DNA of 62,798 nucleotides, counting the filler, from Octopus bimaculoides (lineage: Eukaryota): assembly GCF_001194135.2 (NCBI RefSeq). It is 4 parts of 4 records of this genome, joined end to end, with 100 filler letters (N's around TTAATTAATTAA, not from the genome) between each part and the next. Parts side by side here need not be neighbours in the genome. Positions count along the whole stretch, not along the records: positions 54,739 to 62,798 come from NC_068993.1; 3 more parts are not named here. One strand, 5' to 3'. This document shows positions 60,704-62,798 of the stretch, in pieces (within the stretch, counting starts at the first letter, position 1; each line of letters opens with the position of its first letter). The notes beneath the pieces are model-generated. The model did not search any database and had not been told where the DNA came from. It saw only the letters and a list, made by a program, of their open reading frames with translations. Both the position numbers and the translations under genes were made by a program.

Positions 60704-60873
60704 TATCAATTTATTTATTTATTTATTTATTTTGTTATCAAATGTAGAATCAGAATGTTTCAGCTGGCGTCTAAGGAATTTCTAGTGTAGACGAAAATGT
60801 TATAAACTACATCAACCTTCACATTCTGTATTTGTCTTCAATTTTATTTAATTTTTCAAATAAAATTATTTAC

Positions 60874-60910
<37 letters not shown>

Positions 60911-61240
60911 TTTCTTGAAGTAAAATTTACATCCACTAAAGAAAAACCATATACATCTGAAATTATGACAAGGATTCATCATAAGAAATGTCGTTATGAA
61001 GTGTGACATTTGTAAAACATAATTTTTGCAATAATTTTCACGTCCTGTCGCATTTACTCGAACTCACAATAGAGCAAAAATACAGTACGTTTCAAGTAGA
61101 AAACGCAATGTTTTGGGGAAAGAGGGCGTGTGTGTTTATCAACCTCTTTACTCACAACATTCATGTCATTTGGTATAGCTACATCAATGATCTAACAGTA
61201 TTTGTCTCTGTACTTATTATTATTATGATTATTATTATTA

Positions 61241-61293
<53 letters not shown>

Positions 61294-61411
61294 GAGTGAG
61301 AAAGCAGTGCATGCCATCAAAGTGACACTGGGGTAAAATGTATTCCAATGACTGGAACAAGTAAAAGATTAAAAAAAAAAACAAATGTTATATAGTATTA
61401 TATGTATTGTT

Positions 61412-61692
61412 GACAGTAAACATCTGAATTTATCGTTTGGTTTCTTGGAAGCAGCTCAAAATACACAACACCCTAAGGTTCCGGGCAGTGAGACTGAACT
61501 GAAAAGCACATGGTTGTTTTCAACGTCCATCTCTTGACACCTGAGGCAGCGTTTCACCACTAACGCGCATATCATAGTCTCGCGAGTGGAACTGAACCCG
61601 AAACCCCATGGTTGCATTGCTAGCTTCTTAACCCACTCGACCATTGTTTTTTAACCTAGTTTAAAGTCTAGATTAGTAGTTCTGAAGCATTT

Positions 61693-61728
<36 letters not shown>

Positions 61729-61949
61729 CGTGTGTATGTGTTTGGGTTTATCCCCCACCCCATCGCTTGACAAACGGCTAGTTTGTTTACGTCCCTGCAA
61801 CTTAGCGGTTGAGCAAAAGAGACTGAGTACCAAACTTAATAAAGCATACGTATTGGACACGATTTGTTCAACTAAAATCCTTCAAGGCGGTGTCCCAGCA
61901 TGGCCGCAATCCAATGACTGAAACAAATAAAAAATTTAAAAAAATAAAC
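61412..61949. mobile_element. Composite SINE family A insertion (inverted heads + forward tail) between 25-bp direct repeats
   Basis: gttatatagtattatatgtattgtt at 61387-61411 and 61950-61974; minus-strand head-like pieces 61470-61645; plus-strand body/tail 61730-61949. Confidence 0.55.
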
Positions 61950-62614
61950 GTTATATAGTATTATATGTATTGTTTATTCACCTCTGCTTTTTTTTCCATG
62001 TAGCTTTACATTAGTTATCCAGGCGCTCTATATTAAGAATTCTGGTTACATTAAGGAGATCAAACGATAATCTTTTCAATGAAAAGCCAAGCTGAGCTGA
62101 AAGCCAAGCTGAAATGCTTTATCGTCTGACACATATCCGATGCAATATTAACTTCTTAGATAAAGGTTAAAGGTTGGACTCCGTTTTTATTTCTTACAGG
62201 GTGTGTATAGCGAATAACTTGAAACTTGCCAGAAAAATCTCTGAAGCAGCCAGAGAAATACAAACATATCTAGCTTTGAGATTCAATAAATGTATTAGTC
62301 CATGTTTATTTGGTTTCTGTTTCTTCGTATCTCCTTACTCTTAACATAGCCAGTCGCATATTCTCCAAAAGCATTACTCTAGCATTATGTAGATATCGCG
62401 TAGATAGTTGTCTCAAATAGAATGTCTTTGAAAAACGCGTGCATTATTACACGACTAAATACTTACTACGAGGCAAGTTATTTCATTCATACCGACCTTC
62501 ACATGATCATTCAAATACTCTGTACTCATGGAGTTATAATTTATATGTATATATGATTGGTCATTAAAGACCGAGAAAAATAAAGACCCAACAACACTCA
62601 AAAGACCCAAGAAG

Positions 62615-62620
62615 AATGTA

Positions 62621-62676
<56 letters not shown>

Positions 62677-62798
62677 AACACACACACACAAACATATATA
62701 CATACAGGCATAGGTGTGAATGTATAAAAATGTGTGTCTGTGTGTCTGTGTGTCTGTGTGCATATATTTTGTGTATGTGTGTATATATATATATATAT
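62615..62798. repeat. (TG)/(TA)/(CA) compound microsatellite
   Basis: Direct reading. Confidence 0.9.

Overview
AT-rich, microsatellite-laden animal genomic scaffold with many N gaps. The SINE, RTE-tail and Penelope repeat families resemble those I recognise from octopus/cephalopod assemblies (inference, no search run). Host coding content is small. There is a minus-strand internal exon (5071-5309) encoding a PRMT3-type C2H2 zinc finger (ZNF277 is the alternative), the last coding exon of TBPL1/TRF2 (48097-48317, minus), and a tentative signal-peptide first exon (56422-56533, minus). Most other interpretable sequence is transposon debris: at least six Penelope-like element (PLE) remnants (RT and/or GIY-YIG), RTE, Tx1-like and HERO-like non-LTR fragments, a Helitron 3' end, an Hsmar1-like mariner, MITEs and two tRNA-derived SINE families. 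The most interesting signal is a set of minimal hammerhead-ribozyme (HHR) motifs in PLE-type terminal repeats. One shows a compensatory U3:A8 core, and another sits in a short tRNA-headed element that also carries an inverted copy of its own tail. Repeat boundaries are by eye (roughly +/-30 bp) unless a TSD, TIR or splice site is quoted. No CRISPR, rRNA or intact tRNA gene was found.
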